Assembly: GCA_042408215.1 (NCBI GenBank)
Contig: JAYFMW010000007.1
Coordinates: forward strand, 128,001-192,000
Direction: 5' to 3'
Source of the DNA: Microcoleus sp.
GTDB taxonomy: Bacteria > Cyanobacteriota > Cyanobacteriia > Cyanobacteriales > Microcoleaceae
DNA: 64,000 nt
A program made the position numbers and the translations under genes. The notes beneath the pieces were generated by a model that worked only from the letters and a program-made list of their open reading frames with translations, did not search any database and was not told where the DNA came from. The stretch's first letter is position 1; every line of letters starts with the position of its first letter. Below are positions 19,864 through 31,300 of this stretch, one piece after another.

Positions 19864-21232
19864 CTAAAAATTACTCTTAATATGTGCTTTAAAAATAGAA
19901 TTTAGCTGAAATTTTGCTGGCTCTTTTCTGGGAACTTTTTCTACTAAACCGCGTCTGGTTAAAGATTGTAGAATGTGCAGAAATTTAGCTTGAGATACTT
20001 CCATATTAGCAGGTTTTTGGGAAATATCTATCGGTTCATCTTGATGGGCTAACCAGTCTATCACATTTGTTTCTAATTCTGATAACCGCTCTAACTGCGA
20101 TTCTAAATATAATTCTATATCACCTAAAAATAAGTCATCTTCATCTGTCAGAAAAAGGGAAACCCTCCCGTTAAATAACTCTATAATTGTTGAAGCAATA
20201 ATATTTAACCAAGCTGGATGACTTTGATATAGTGTTATTAATTCATCCCATTTTTCCTCATCTTGTAAATCTTTTTGTCTCAAGATTTCTTTGGCTTCTT
20301 CTCCTAATCCTTGAAGTTGTAATACTCTTGTGTGTTTGTTTTCTTTTTCTAAAGTCTCTATTTCTCCAGGTTTTTCCCAACTAATTAAAATTAAACAACT
20401 TTGATGAGATAAGGTAGCAATTTGCTGAAAAAATTTACAATAATCTTTATAGTCTGTTAAATACTGACCCGCAAAGTTACCAGTTTTAAAAATATTCTGC
20501 ACGTCATCAAGGATTACTAAACAACGAGATGAGCGAAAATAATCTATTATTTCTGGTAATGGAGTTGCGTGGGATTGAGAAAAAAACTGTTTAAGTTCAT
20601 CTTTAAGGTCGATCAGTTTAGGTAAATGCTCAAGACTGCGATAAATAATATAATCGAATTGTGTGTTAATTTCTGAGATTAATTTCAGGGTTAAAGCCGT
20701 TTTTCCTATGCCACTCAATCCATAAATTGTGATTAATCTAGTCTTATCTTCTAAAATCCATTCTTTAAGAGTATAAATTTCTGAATTACGCCCGTAATTA
20801 TAGTTCAATTCTGGTGCTGTTGTTAGCTCAATTACTGGGGATTTATTTTCGTCTTGGGGAGAGCGCGTTTCTATATCCTCTAAAGATTGAGGATTTTCCC
20901 TACAAATATTAACATGACTATTAATATAATTACTAATAGTGTGTGAAGCATTACCGAAATTATTGATAGTAGAACCAGCTTTATTTTCTAAAATAGAACG
21001 AACATTCTTTTGTTCAATCTCTTTTGAAAAAACATCGGAGAGAAGTTTCCATAATTTTGCTCCCTCTCTTTTAACATGATCGTAACTATAACCATTATTT
21101 CCTCGCAATTTTATGAAAATTTTGACGTTGTAAAACACTTTCTAATATAGATTTGTGTAAAGAATCAAGATGTTGTCCTGTTTTAGCGAATACCTGTTCA
21201 TCAGTCCATTTTGACAATTCTTGAATGTCCAT
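19864..21232 (-). CDS. HTH plus NB-ARC/STAND ATPase protein, +1 frameshift near 21100
   Basis: MDIQELSKWTDEQVFAKTGQHLDSLHKSIL in one frame continues as NNGYSYDHVKREGAKLWKLLS in another; GLSGIGKT, LVILDDV. Confidence 0.8.
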
Positions 21233-21523
21233 ATATTTTTAACCTCACTCAATCTTTTTAGTTTAGCCACTAAAACCCACTTTTTGCCACTAAAAGTTAA
21301 GTTTTGTAAAAGATTACTAAAGATTAGCACCCAATGACACTATATCACACCAAATCCCACTATATCAATTTTGCTAGAAGATGCCACTCCAGTCTAAAAA
21401 TTAGAAAGTAAAATGTGAGATATTAAGTGAACAAGCATGAATTTGCTTGTTGGCTTGAGTAGTCATTATGATACCGCATTTTGCGGTGGAATTATCAAAG
21501 GATTATTCTTGGGAGGTTTTCTC

Positions 21524-21742
21524 ATGGCTGAATCATCTGAATCATACGGTAAAGAACTGGCGAAAGACATAGGAAAGACAGCCGCTAGATCCGTCACCCA
21601 AGCAGTGGTAGGCTCGGCTGTAGTCGGATTGATTGGCCTTGTCCTAACAGGTGGTAATCCGGCAGGGGCAGTCGCTGGTGCTAAGATGGAGGTGCTAGGG
21701 CATTGGGGCTGGATTCGGCGGAGCGGAGGATTTTCCTCTTAG
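21524..21742 (+). CDS. Small Gly/Ala-rich hydrophobic peptide
   Basis: GGAGG RBS before ATG; VVGSAVVGLIGLVLTGGNPAGAVAGAK. Confidence 0.6.
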   Translation: MAESSESYGKELAKDIGKTAARSVTQAVVGSAVVGLIGLVLTGGNPAGAVAGAKMEVLGHWGWIRRSGGFSS

Positions 21743-21964
21743 TGAATTGTAAAGTGGGTAAAATGGCTAAAAATCTTATTCAAAAATCTGATAGAGATTA
21801 ATTCCGTTTTACCCATTTTGTATTTCTTGTTCAATTAAAGCAAGAAGTTGTAAAATATTCCTTGACTCACTAGCTTGAACAATTAACTCATCTCCGACAT
21901 GAACATGATGGGGAAAATTCGGTAAATCGGGAAAATGTTCTACATTATCCCAGCGTTTTTTTAA

Positions 21965-22064
21965 TCCTTACGCAAAGAAACCGGGTTTCTATGAAAAATC
22001 GTCGGTTTGAAACTAAATATCTACGCAGAAACCCGGTTTCGAGTCTCCTCGTGCGTAAGTCCTG
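21965..22064. repeat. MITE-like element with CTTACGCA/TGCGTAAG ends around an agaaaccgggttt doublet
   Basis: ccttacgcaaagaaaccgggtttc ... gaaacccggtttc ... tgcgtaagtcctg. Confidence 0.55.
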
Positions 22065-22223
22065 AACTCAATTATGATACCGCAAAATGCGGTGGAATCA
22101 TAGGTTAAGCATTAACATTAGGAAAAAAATTCTATACTTTGCATCGTCCTTATTTTAGCAATGGTGGGATTCTTTGGTTTGTCTATAGTAGCAGGCATGA
22201 TTGTATTAGCCTCAATGCTACTA

Positions 22224-22300
22224 ATTAGCAAGTGATGTACTTGAGGCCAAAAGTCAGGACTTTCTAAATAAGGATTCATCCCCGGAAATGGATTAGGCAT
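22224..22300 (-). pseudogene. Second DUF4058 5' fragment
   Basis: MPNPFPGMNPYLESPDFWPQVHHLLI followed by unrelated sequence. Confidence 0.75.
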
Positions 22301-22416
22301 TGATTTAACTCCTGTTAATTTACCTACTTCTACTTTAGCCGATCGATTAGAAAAACGCAGACAATATCAAACTATAATCTGCGTTAATCCCCGTGCATCT
22401 GCGGTTAAAAAATCTC

Positions 22417-24261
22417 CTAAAAATCCCCGTAACTACTAATAGCCCCCTGCAACCTCCGAATAACTTCATCAACCGAAATCGCCCCCAACTCGCCAGAAGC
22501 ACGAGTCCGAATATTCAAACTATTAGACTCAACCTCCTTCGCACCCACAACACCCATCACCGGAATTTTATCCTTCTCAGCATTGCGAATCAACTTACCC
22601 AAACGCTCGCTACTCTCATCAGCTTCCGCACGCATTCCTAGAGCCTTCATCTTCGCCGCCACATCCTTCGCAAACGGCAAAAACTCATTGCTAACAGGCA
22701 ACAAACGCACTTGAATCGGCGCTAACCACAGCGGAAAATCGCCTGCATACTGCTCGATCAAAATTCCGATCAAACGCTCCAAAGAACCGAAAGGAGCGCG
22801 GTGAATCATCACTGGGCGCTTGCGAGTGCCATCTTCGGCGACGTATTCCAGGTCAAAACGTTCGGGCAAATTATAGTCAACTTGAACAGTTCCTAATTGC
22901 CATTCCCTATCCAAGACATCTTGGAAAATGAAATCGAGTTTTGGCCCGTAAAAAGCCGCTTCCCCAATTCCTTCAAAATAATTCATTCCCAAAGTTTCCA
23001 CCGCGCGACGAATCGCACCCTGAGCTTTTTCCCAAGCTTCATCGGAACCGATATATTTATCTAAATTATCTGGATCGCGGAAACTTAAACGCGCTTTAAA
23101 ATTCTTGAGTTGCAAACTCTTGAATACTGACAGAATCAAATCCACCACACTCAAAAATTCTGCATCCAATTGTTCCGGTGTCACAAATAAGTGGGAATCA
23201 TCCACAGTAAAGCCGCGAACTCTGGTTAAACCGCCCAATTCTCCCGATTGTTCGTAGCGGTAAACTGTGCCGAATTCCGCTAAGCGCATGGGCAATTCTC
23301 GATAGGAACGTAGTTCGCTTTTGTAAATTTGAATGTGGAAAGGGCAATTCATGGGTTTCATCACAAAACCCTGTTCGTTTGCTGCGGCTTCGGCATCTTC
23401 TGCCATCAGCGGAAACATATCTTCTTTGTATTTCTGCCAATGTCCTGAGATTTTGAATAAATCGACTCTGGCGATGTGGGGAGTGACTACTTGCAAATAG
23501 CCGCGTTTGATTTGTTCTTGTTTCAAGAAATCTTCTAAAATACTTCTCAAAATCGTGCCTTTTGGTGTCCACAAAGGCAAACCTGGCCCAACTGCATCGG
23601 CGAAAATAAACAAGCCTAATTCTTTGCCTAATTTGCGGTGATCGCGTCTTAGGGCTTCTTCTTTGCGGTGTTTGTATGCTGCTAATTGTTCGGGGGTTTC
23701 CCAAGCGGTGCCGTAAATTCGCTGTAGCTGGGCTTTGGTTTCGTCGCCGCGCCAATAGGCTCCTGCTAGGCTTTCTAGTTCGATCGCCTTTGGATTCAAT
23801 TCACTGGTATTGTCTAAGTGAGGCCCAGCGCACAAATCCCACCATTCGTCGCCCAAATGGTAAAGAGTAATGGGTTCGATCAAACCTGCTAAAATTTCTA
23901 ATTTGTAAGGTTCGTTAATTGCCTGAATGCGTTGCTGAGCTTCCTCGCGGCTAACTTCTTCGCGAATTACAGGTAATTTGCGGTTGATGATTTTGATCAT
24001 CTCTTTTTTAATGGCTTTTAAATCCTGTTCCGTAAATGGTTCGGGAGTGTCAAAGTCATAGTAGAAACCGTTTTCAATCCAAGGGCCAATTGTGACTTGG
24101 GCCTTGGGGAATAACTTCTGTACCGCCATCGCCATGACGTGGGAGGTGGTGTGGCGAATTTTTTTGAGTGGCTCCGACTCGCTGGTGCGGGGTAACTCTA
24201 TTTTAGCGGGCTGTTCTGGAGCGGAAAGGGGTTCTGAGCTAGACATCGGTTGATTTAGCAA
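22417..24261 (-). CDS. thrS: Threonine--tRNA ligase
   Basis: IRHTTSHVMA, DLCAGPH, RDHRKLG, KPMNCP, LTRVRGFT, AFYGPK. Confidence 0.98.
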   Translation of the reverse strand: MLNQPMSSSEPLSAPEQPAKIELPRTSESEPLKKIRHTTSHVMAMAVQKLFPKAQVTIGPWIENGFYYDFDTPEPFTEQDLKAIKKEMIKIINRKLPVIREEVSREEAQQRIQAINEPYKLEILAGLIEPITLYHLGDEWWDLCAGPHLDNTSELNPKAIELESLAGAYWRGDETKAQLQRIYGTAWETPEQLAAYKHRKEEALRRDHRKLGKELGLFIFADAVGPGLPLWTPKGTILRSILEDFLKQEQIKRGYLQVVTPHIARVDLFKISGHWQKYKEDMFPLMAEDAEAAANEQGFVMKPMNCPFHIQIYKSELRSYRELPMRLAEFGTVYRYEQSGELGGLTRVRGFTVDDSHLFVTPEQLDAEFLSVVDLILSVFKSLQLKNFKARLSFRDPDNLDKYIGSDEAWEKAQGAIRRAVETLGMNYFEGIGEAAFYGPKLDFIFQDVLDREWQLGTVQVDYNLPERFDLEYVAEDGTRKRPVMIHRAPFGSLERLIGILIEQYAGDFPLWLAPIQVRLLPVSNEFLPFAKDVAAKMKALGMRAEADESSERLGKLIRNAEKDKIPVMGVVGAKEVESNSLNIRTRASGELGAISVDEVIRRLQGAISSYGDF

Positions 24262-24589
24262 TTAATTTAGTTGCACTGGCTTCTATCTTACTCAGTCCTG
24301 GGCACACCATAAACAGTCCTGGACGCAAGTGTCACAATTGGTAAGGTGCGTCAGATCCCAAACCCTCGATAATCCGTTCATAATCAAAGTCTGACGCACC
24401 CTACAAGTTGATTGGAATGTGCCAGTTGCGTCCAGGACTGTCTTCAATCCAAAATCCCAAATCTCAAATCTCAAATCGGTCGATCGCCCCAGCCAATTTT
24501 TGTAAATAAATTGAATTTTTGTTAAAAGAATGTTACAATTTGTAAATAGCGTCTAAGATTAAAATAAATAAATAACCCGATTTTGATCC

Positions 24590-24919
24590 ATGCTTAATCC
24601 CAACTTGCCTGAAGCCGAATTGCTCAAATCCATACTGCAACCGCTGTTAGAGGATTTTCATTACTGGTTCGAGCGATCGGCCAACCTTTTAGAAACTGAG
24701 GAAATTGGCTTCATCAGCGCCGAAGAGCAAGCAGATTTACTGGCGCGAGTCAAACAGGCTCAGCAAGAAGTAAGTGCTGCGAGCGCTTTATTTCATGCAA
24801 CGGGAGGTCAAGTTGGGATTGAAACCGCAGCACTGATGCCGTGGCACAGACTGCTCGCTGAATGCTGGCAAGTATCGGCGCGATTTCGCTCATTACAGTC
24901 GGCGAAGCCTGGAAAATAG
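24590..24919 (+). CDS. Conserved cyanobacterial protein (DUF2605-like)
   Basis: LL..IL.PLLEDF.YWF.RS, GGQVG, MPWH.L..ECW. Confidence 0.8.
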   Translation: MLNPNLPEAELLKSILQPLLEDFHYWFERSANLLETEEIGFISAEEQADLLARVKQAQQEVSAASALFHATGGQVGIETAALMPWHRLLAECWQVSARFRSLQSAKPGK

Positions 24920-25077
24920 TCAGGTGATTTCAAATTCAACCCGTCGTCAAATCCCAAACCAAGGAAATATCGGCGACAGAATTGACAACATCAAAAAGAT
25001 TTCCAGTTAATAATTTATTAATTGCTGAAACACATTTGTAAATTGCTGTGTGGCTGTTTAGCCCGGAGGAAAATATC

Positions 25078-25389
25078 ATGTTACACCTGCTTTATATCCT
25101 AGCTTTTACCGTTCTTGCCTTTCTGGCCGTCGGTAACTTAATCCGCAGCTTAGTCACGGTAGGTATGGAGTCCCAGCGCCCTCAACAATTTAGACCAAAT
25201 AATCGCTACGCATCCTATCCAGGCTCTCTTGCTGTACCGCATCCAGAACTTTTAGACGAATACGGAAATATTGTCAACGAGCCGCTGTTAGTGATGCGTT
25301 CGCTGACTGTACAAGATGCCCGCGAACAATTAGATGCTCTCTACAAATCATCTCCGGGCGGCAGCGACGAAGGTGGCGAGCTAGTCTGA
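25078..25389 (+). CDS. Conserved cyanobacterial protein (DUF2973-like)
   Basis: GGAGG RBS; MLHLLYILAF, PHPELLD..G....EPLLVMRS. Confidence 0.8.
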   Translation: MLHLLYILAFTVLAFLAVGNLIRSLVTVGMESQRPQQFRPNNRYASYPGSLAVPHPELLDEYGNIVNEPLLVMRSLTVQDAREQLDALYKSSPGGSDEGGELV

Positions 25390-25570
25390 GTTTGGGAAAC
25401 GCAGAGTATTTATACTTACGGGCGATCGCCTGAAAAAAATAATTGGCCGTTAGTTTCTCACTAACGGCCAATTAATAGTGACTTTTGAGAGATACTAAGA
25501 AGGGATCGATCTAAACTTATTGTCGATCGCTCCCGTTTTGTCATCGGCAAAAATGCTCGCTTAAGGCTAG

Positions 25571-27559
25571 ATGATCGTTCCTATTTCGTTACTCGCAGAA
25601 CTTCTGCAAGCTTTGCCCCAACTGCGGGCACAAATTTATTTCAAATCTTCCATGACAGCGCTGTCTCACGCGATGGAAGACTTGGTTTTGGCGGGTTCTG
25701 ATGAACCTTTAGTCATTGCTAGCTTTCAGCGAGAGCGTTTCTACCGCCAGGAAGCTCACCGCTACCAGCGCATTTCCGATCGCTCATCTCAGGTATATGT
25801 GCTAGCAGCACCGGAAACTGAGTTTAAAAACTCTTCGGAGTGTCACGAAACTGTGGCGTTTGCACCGGAAGATGGGTTAAGCCAAGAGTGGCATTTAGTG
25901 GTGATCGGAGAAAACTACTCAACTTGTCTGATTTGTCACGAAAAAATTGTGCCCCTGGAAAATCAGGATGAGCGCGAGCCGCTGTTGATGGATCAAGCTC
26001 GTAGATTTGAGGGAATTTGGACTTTCGATCGGGAGGTAAGCTGCAAAGCCGCTGCATTGCTGCTCGATCGAATTGTCAAGTATCGGCCGGAATTGGCCGA
26101 AAAGATCGATCGAGCGCGAACAACTTACAAATTGGTCGCCGCACCGAAAAAACAGAGGAAATCGGCTAATTCCAAATCCGCACAGCCAGACAAAAATATA
26201 GGGAAACCCCCAAACATTCCCAATCCCAAATTGAACGACGCTTTTGCCGAACGCTTAGTGACATACTTGCAAGCAGGGCAGCACAAACTGCTGAAAGCAT
26301 ACGCTGCGATCGCCGCCCAAGAACGCAAAGAACGCCTCGTAAACTTAATTACAACGGCAATGCGGCAGTCTCTCAATCCCCAAGAAATCGTCGAAGTCGC
26401 AGTGCAAGAACTGGGAACTGCCCTTTCGGCTTGTCGCTGTTTGATTTATCGGTGCAAAGCCACAGATGCGACGGTGAAAATCGATCGCGAGTTTTTGTGC
26501 CGGGGCGCTAATTCCCTGCTAAATAAGACTTGGCCCTTGCAGGAAAATCCGATATTTCGTGATGCGGTGGTAAAGCAAGAGCGAGTTTACATCCAAGATA
26601 CAGCACAAGAGCCGCAGATTGTCAATACAAAATCGCTACAAGGGACTGTAAAACAGTGGCAAATTGTCTCCTGGTTAATGGTGCCTGTGCTTTATCAGGG
26701 GCGGGTTTTGGGTATGGTGGAAATGCACCAGTGTCGATCGACCTTGCCTTGGGAAGAAGACGAACTGGCTCTAGTTGAGGCGATCGCCACCCAACTCGGA
26801 GCAGCCTTAATTCAAGCAGAAACCTACGCACATTTAGAAGAGCTAAATCAACAATTAGAAGCCTTAGACCGCACTCGCAGCAATCTAATAGCCATCACAG
26901 GCCACGAACTCCGAACTCCCCTTTCCACTATTCAAGTGTGTCTAGAAAGTTTGAATACCGAACCAGATATGCCACCTGAATTGCGGAAAATCATGTTAGA
27001 AACTGCCCTGGGCGATGCCGATAGAATGCGGAAACTTGTGCAGGATTTCCTAACTCTTTCCCACTTAGAAAGCGGACGAGTTGCATGGAATGTAGAATCG
27101 CTAACCCTGCAAGAATGCGTGGATTTAGCCCTCAGCAGCGTTCGAGCTCGTGGTTACGACAAAAAGTTGCCGGAAATTATCGCCGAAGTATCCGCAGAAT
27201 TGCCTTTAGTACAAGCCGACGGCGAGTGGTTGGTAGAATTGCTTTCCAAACTACTAGACAACGCTTGCAAATTCACCAAACCCCAAGGAAGCGTGACTGT
27301 TCGAGCTAAATGTAATGGTTATAGGATGGTGGAAGTGCTTGTAGCGGACACGGGGAGAGGAATAGAGGCGAATAGTTTAAAAGTAGTGTTCGATCGATTT
27401 TATCAAGAAGAAGGAGCTTTGCGGCGCAGTGCCGGCGGTACGGGTTTAGGATTAGCAATTTGCAAACAGATTGTGGCTGGCTGGGGAGGCAAAATTTGGG
27501 TAGATTCCCCAGGAAAAGACAAAGGAAGTGAATTTCATTTCACTATTCCTACTCTATAG
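25571..27559 (+). CDS. DICT-GAF sensor histidine kinase
   Basis: ALSHAMED, FQRERFY, EWHLVV (DICT); GHELRTPL H-box; DTGRGI, GGTGLGL. Confidence 0.92.
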   Translation: MIVPISLLAELLQALPQLRAQIYFKSSMTALSHAMEDLVLAGSDEPLVIASFQRERFYRQEAHRYQRISDRSSQVYVLAAPETEFKNSSECHETVAFAPEDGLSQEWHLVVIGENYSTCLICHEKIVPLENQDEREPLLMDQARRFEGIWTFDREVSCKAAALLLDRIVKYRPELAEKIDRARTTYKLVAAPKKQRKSANSKSAQPDKNIGKPPNIPNPKLNDAFAERLVTYLQAGQHKLLKAYAAIAAQERKERLVNLITTAMRQSLNPQEIVEVAVQELGTALSACRCLIYRCKATDATVKIDREFLCRGANSLLNKTWPLQENPIFRDAVVKQERVYIQDTAQEPQIVNTKSLQGTVKQWQIVSWLMVPVLYQGRVLGMVEMHQCRSTLPWEEDELALVEAIATQLGAALIQAETYAHLEELNQQLEALDRTRSNLIAITGHELRTPLSTIQVCLESLNTEPDMPPELRKIMLETALGDADRMRKLVQDFLTLSHLESGRVAWNVESLTLQECVDLALSSVRARGYDKKLPEIIAEVSAELPLVQADGEWLVELLSKLLDNACKFTKPQGSVTVRAKCNGYRMVEVLVADTGRGIEANSLKVVFDRFYQEEGALRRSAGGTGLGLAICKQIVAGWGGKIWVDSPGKDKGSEFHFTIPTL

Positions 27560-27655
27560 AATCCATTTGAGATCTTGAGGGCAATCCCTCACAGCAGTCT
27601 ATCGGCCCCAAAAGCTCTTTTTTGAGATCGTTCTGTTTAAACAAGGAGAGAACTA

Positions 27656-27946
27656 ATGAAAATTCGGCAAATATTGCAAGAAAAACGAGCAGAAATTCTT
27701 CAACTTGCAGCCAAGCATGGCGCATTCAACGTGCGGATTTTTGGTTCCGTTGCGCGGGGAGAAGAACGGGAAGACAGCGACGTAGATTTTCTGGTAGAAA
27801 TGGAAACAGAAAGGAGTTTATTAGACCGTATCGGACTGATCCAAGATTTAGAAGATTTCCTAGGTAAAAAAGTCGATGTTGCTAACGTTAAAGGATTGCG
27901 GGAAGCTTTTCGAGAACGTATACTCCGAGAGGCAATTTTCCTATGA
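27656..27946 (+). CDS. MNT minimal nucleotidyltransferase antitoxin
   Basis: [17 protein letters not shown]. Confidence 0.92.
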   Translation: MKIRQILQEKRAEILQLAAKHGAFNVRIFGSVARGEEREDSDVDFLVEMETERSLLDRIGLIQDLEDFLGKKVDVANVKGLREAFRERILREAIFL

Positions 27947-28296
27947 CCGACGACCTGATTTATTTAGCCGATATCCTTGAAAGGATAGAACGCATTGAAA
28001 ACTACACTCAAGGGGGGAAAGTAGATTTTTTTCAATCTCCTTTGATTCAAGATGGAGTTATTCGCAGTTTTGAAGTCATCGGAGAAGCTGTTAAGAGACT
28101 TTCTCCTGAACTAAGACAAACATACTCCGAAATCCCCTGGCGTAAAATAGCTGGTTTCCGAGATGTCCTCATTCACGATTACATCGGAGTCGATTTAACA
28201 GAAGTTTGGAACGCAGTAGAACGAAACTTGCCTGAATTAAAACAACAAATTTTAACAATTTCCCAGGATTTCCGATCGTCAAGACATGAGAATTAA
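27943..28296 (+). CDS. HepT-like (DUF86) HEPN RNase toxin
   Basis: [15 protein letters not shown] (Rx4HxY); ATGA overlap with the MNT gene. Confidence 0.92.
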   Translation: MTDDLIYLADILERIERIENYTQGGKVDFFQSPLIQDGVIRSFEVIGEAVKRLSPELRQTYSEIPWRKIAGFRDVLIHDYIGVDLTEVWNAVERNLPELKQQILTISQDFRSSRHEN

Positions 28297-28356
28297 ATAA
28301 TTACGTCAAAATTCATATTACCCACCGCCACGACGCGGCTTGAGAAACACCATACA

Positions 28357-31300
28357 CTAAATAGGAATACTAATTACAAACTCTGTTCCTTTCCCTAGGG
28401 ATGAAAAACATTCCAAAGTCCCCCCATGTTTTTCAGTTACTATCTGATGACAAATTGACAATCCCAATCCCGTCCCGTCGCCTTCTGCTTTCGTTGTAAA
28501 AAATGGAGTAAACAATTTTTCGATCACACTTTCCGGCATTCCCTGCCCGTTGTCAGCGATCCGAATCACCAGGGTGTCCATTATTTGCTGTTCTTTCTGG
28601 CAAACACCCAAAGTAGAAATTGTAATTGTATTGGGATTTTTATCAATTTTTGCATAAGTTTTGCCCGCATTAAATTCATCCAAAGCATCGATCGCATTAG
28701 CAATCAAGTTCATAAATACTTGATTCATTTGTCCCGGATAGCAGCGTAATTTTGGTAACTCACCGTAATATTTAATGATTTTAATTGCCGGTCGAGCCTG
28801 ATTTGCTTTGAGTCGGTGAGACAAAATCATCAAAGTAGTTTCAATTCCTTCGTGAATATCAACTGCTCTTTTTTCAGCAGTGTCGGTGCGGGAGTAGTTG
28901 CGGAGGGATTGCATGATATCGCGAATGCGATCGATTCCCAATTTCATTGATGCAGTTGTTTTGGGCAAATCTTCTAATAAGAATTCTAGTTCGATCGACT
29001 CAATTTCATCTTCAATTTTTTGTCCGGGTTCGGGAAAGTTTTCTTGATAAAGATTGAGCAAATTAATCAAATCACCAACATATTCTTGAACATGGTGCAA
29101 ATTCCCAGAAATGAAACCAACGGGATTGTTCACTTCGTGAGCAACTCCAGCAACCAGTTGTCCGAGTTGAGATATTTTTTCAGTTTGAACTAATTGTGCT
29201 TGAGTTTGTTGCAGTTCAATCACTGCGGCTTCTAACTGACGAGATTTTTCTTGTTCGCCAGCGTAGAGACGGGCATTTTCAATGGCAATTGCTGCCTGTG
29301 CTGTCAATATTTGCAACAGTTTCAATCGTTCGCTAGTAAACGCCCCCGCCACCAGATTATTTTCTAAATAAACTACACCCATCGACTTTCCTTGATAGAG
29401 AATAGGGGCGCACAAAATCGACTTTGGTTGAGTATTTTGAATGTAGAGATCCGATTGATAAATTGTTTGTTTGGCTGCATCTGTCAAGATCAGCGGTTGC
29501 TGAGTCATCGCTACATATTGAATTACAGAAATAGGAAGATCTGAACTATTTGTTAGCAAAGTTGATGGTTGAAATATGCTTGAATTGTGCTTGTTAGTAT
29601 CCAGCACTTCAATGCACAGTTGCCCATCTTGTTCTAGAATAATAGAGCCTTTTTGGGCCCCGGCATTTTCTAAAATAATATAGAGCAGTTTTTTTAACAA
29701 TTTTTCTAAGACAATTTCACTAGAAATTGTCTGGGAGGCTTTCATTACTGTTCCTAAATCCAAAATGTTGGCATCGGCGGAGGTACTCGCAGTTGTAGTC
29801 ACGGTTATTTGACGATCGCAGATTTTTTGAAACCAATCTGGATGAGATTGTTCTAATTGATTAACTTTGGCGGTTGCACCCCATTGGAGATAGCAAAAAC
29901 GGGCATCATTGAGATATATTTTGGCTGAATTGTACCGATTTTGTGCTAAATAAAATCGAGTAGCTAGTTCGTTTGCTAGGGCAGCATTTTGGATAAAGCC
30001 ATTTTCGATCGCAGAGGCGATTGACTGGTCATAATATTCTGCTGCTGCATAGTTATTTCCTGACAACCGCGCTATTTCTGCCTGAATTAATAAATATTTG
30101 TGCTGATAGTTAGCAGGGGAATGTTTCGCCAAATCTCGAAATTCTTCCAGGCTGATGTTGAGTTTTTCTCGGTATAGTTTACGATCGCTATCGCTGGCAT
30201 TTGTAAAAGCAGAAGCTAGGGCGATAGCGTGATGGAAACGAAAAACCGGATTGACAAAATGACCGGCACCACCTTTCAAAAACTCCGCGCCAGCTAGAGC
30301 ATATTCTAACGCTAGATTGACCTCACCAAACCAGTTAGCAACAGTCAGTCTGTAAAGATAAATTACAAAAATGGTAGTCAGATCTGCCGAGGATTCAGCA
30401 GATTTTAAAAGCGCTTCATCATCAATAAAAGTTTGAGGTATCTGGGCGGCTTCTAAGGTGCAGGTAAGTTGGGCGATCGCATTTTTGTTCAGCAAGTGAT
30501 AGGCTAACATATTGCGATCTATTTTTGACAACACAGGGATAAATTTATCAGCAATTTCTGTAGATTTTTGTAGCGATTCGTTGCCAAAAAAGCTGACCCA
30601 TAAATAATTAATGGAAGCATAACCAGACCACTGGTAAGCACCTGTTTCTATGCCGCTGTTAAAGGCTTTCAGCATAAAAGACTTGCACTCATCTATATAT
30701 TGAATGTAATGCAAGGTTAAAGCCCCCCACATATGGAAAATACAAGGGCCTAACTCTTTAATATTCCAACGTTCGTAGAGATTTAGCGATAGTTGTCCCG
30801 CTGCACAGCCAGCCTCTATTTCGCGATATTTTGTGATTAAAGTAAAGGCATACAAAGTGTAACCAAATGCGGAAATTCGGCAATTGCCGTACTCAATACT
30901 CGCTTGCACAAACTTCATGGCGCAGAGAAATTGAGCGTTGGGATTGGTAAAATAGGCAATGGGGAAAAGTTCTTTCAAAATCCGGTGGGCTGCGAGTAGC
31001 AGCGGATCGGTGAGTGTGGGTAAATCTGCCAAATCGGCGATCGATCCACCAATCATCGCTTTTGTCTTTGCTAATTCACTCGCTAAAAAATCATCATCCG
31101 GGTACGCTTCAAACTCCATACCCAAAGATTGTAATGTTTCAACACCCAGGTTATAAGCGGCAGATAAATCATTTTTCATCCGCAGACAAGTCATTTTTAA
31201 TTCATTAACTAAGCACTGTTCCAACAGAGTATGAGTCTTAGGAATAATCCTGTCAAAAATTGCTAAAGCTTCATCATTATTGCCATTCAAATATTCCGCT

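Noticed and set aside
27656..28296. MNT-HepT pair as a novel system
   Set aside because: Well-described toxin-antitoxin type with canonical motifs
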